A stretch of 64,000 nt of DNA from Eledone cirrhosa (Eukaryota): contig OZ024741.1 of the NCBI GenBank assembly GCA_964016885.1, forward strand, positions 314,030,001 through 314,094,000. Reading direction: 5' to 3'. How positions within the stretch are numbered: the first letter of the stretch is position 1; each line of letters begins with the position of its first letter. This document shows positions 63,055 to 64,000 of the stretch, in pieces. Position numbers and translations under genes: made by a program. Below the pieces are notes generated by a model, which did not search any database, was not told the origin of the DNA, and saw nothing but the letters and a program-made list of their open reading frames with translations.

Positions 63055-63870
63055 ACTGACCCCCACCACCACAATAACAATAATGTCTACACTCGCTCCC
63101 CACCATCACCACAGTACTCATTACACTATCTAAGGTGGCTGACCTGTTCCCTGTTGACATACTGCTGACTCTTTTGATATATGTATGTGTATATACATAT
63201 ATATATATGTGTGTATATGTATATCTCAGTGGATGCGACCAGATTTCAACACAGCAACAGCTACAACAACAACAACAGCAGCAGCAGCAACAACAACGGC
63301 AACAATACCATTGTCTGTGTTGAATGTGTGTGTATGTATGTATTTGTATATATGCGACAGCAATAACAGAATCAACACCAATGTCTGCAGCAACAGCAGC
63401 AGTGAAATGAAGAAGAAGAAGAACAACAACAGCGACAACAGCAACAGCGTCAGCAATAGCAGCAGCAACTACAATAACAACTACAGCACCAACAACTGCC
63501 ACCACCATCACTGACCATCCACCACCACCACACAGACACCATCCATGACCACCACACTGACACTTTCCACCACCATTCACCACCACCACCGCCATTACCA
63601 GCGTAAAGCAAACAATTATTATTATTATATACAAGCTGAACTGGACTCGGAAAGGTCAACAGTTGACATGATATTGATTTTGATTTTGATTTTGATTTTG
63701 ATTTTGATTTTGTATTTGTATCAGTACTGTCGGTAATATATATATGTGTGTGTGTATTTGTGAGCGGTTTGTGTGATTGTATGCATGAATGAGTGTTGGT
63801 ACGTGAGTGGCGTGTGTGTGGTTGTGGTTTGTATGCATGAGTGTTAGTGTGTGAGTGTGTGTGTGTGCGG
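63055..63870. repeat. Cluster of simple repeats (CAA/CAG, CAC, GATTTT, GT)
   Basis: Directly visible. Confidence 0.85.
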
Positions 63871-64000
63871 CGTGCCAATAAGTTGTTTTTTGTTTTTTTT
63901 TAATGACCATGCTGTAAAATGGAGGGGTAGAGAGGGCTCTTGAGTCTAGTAAGACATCCTCTCTAGTGCTGGTGGCACAAATAAAAGCACCCAGTCCATT

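Noticed and set aside
63135-63514. PolyQ/polyN host exon
   Set aside because: Embedded in mixed simple repeats, with no recognisable domain or clear splice structure.
63960-64000. SINE fragment at window end (ggtggcac..aaaagcaccc)
   Set aside because: Too short and truncated by the window edge to call.

Overview
This is a repeat-saturated, AT-microsatellite-rich eukaryotic window with no recognisable host gene. The tRNA-derived SINE family suggests an octopod cephalopod (inference from family recognition). Contents: decayed Penelope-like elements (PLEs; RT + GIY-YIG) of at least three lineages (tentatively Hydra-, Nematis- and Neptune-like), CR1-like, R4/Dong-like and RTE-derived LINE remnants, SINEs and a Helitron end. 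Reading both strands by eye gave about 30 hammerhead-ribozyme (HHR) motifs. Most are the minimal type-I form with a family-specific palindromic loop III. They sit in PLE pseudo-LTRs, in fold-back palindromes and in 0.24-0.66 kb non-coding tandem units (retrozyme-like). Two signals stand out. (1) A covarying bulged hairpin (RYUC-stem-UH-GARY) lies just beyond the TA junction in about 7 unrelated HHR-bearing families, including two ORF-bearing PLEs. (2) A ~520-bp tandem repeat carries all three HHR core strands in a non-canonical (permuted/pseudoknotted) order. All folds were derived by hand; none is computationally or experimentally verified.
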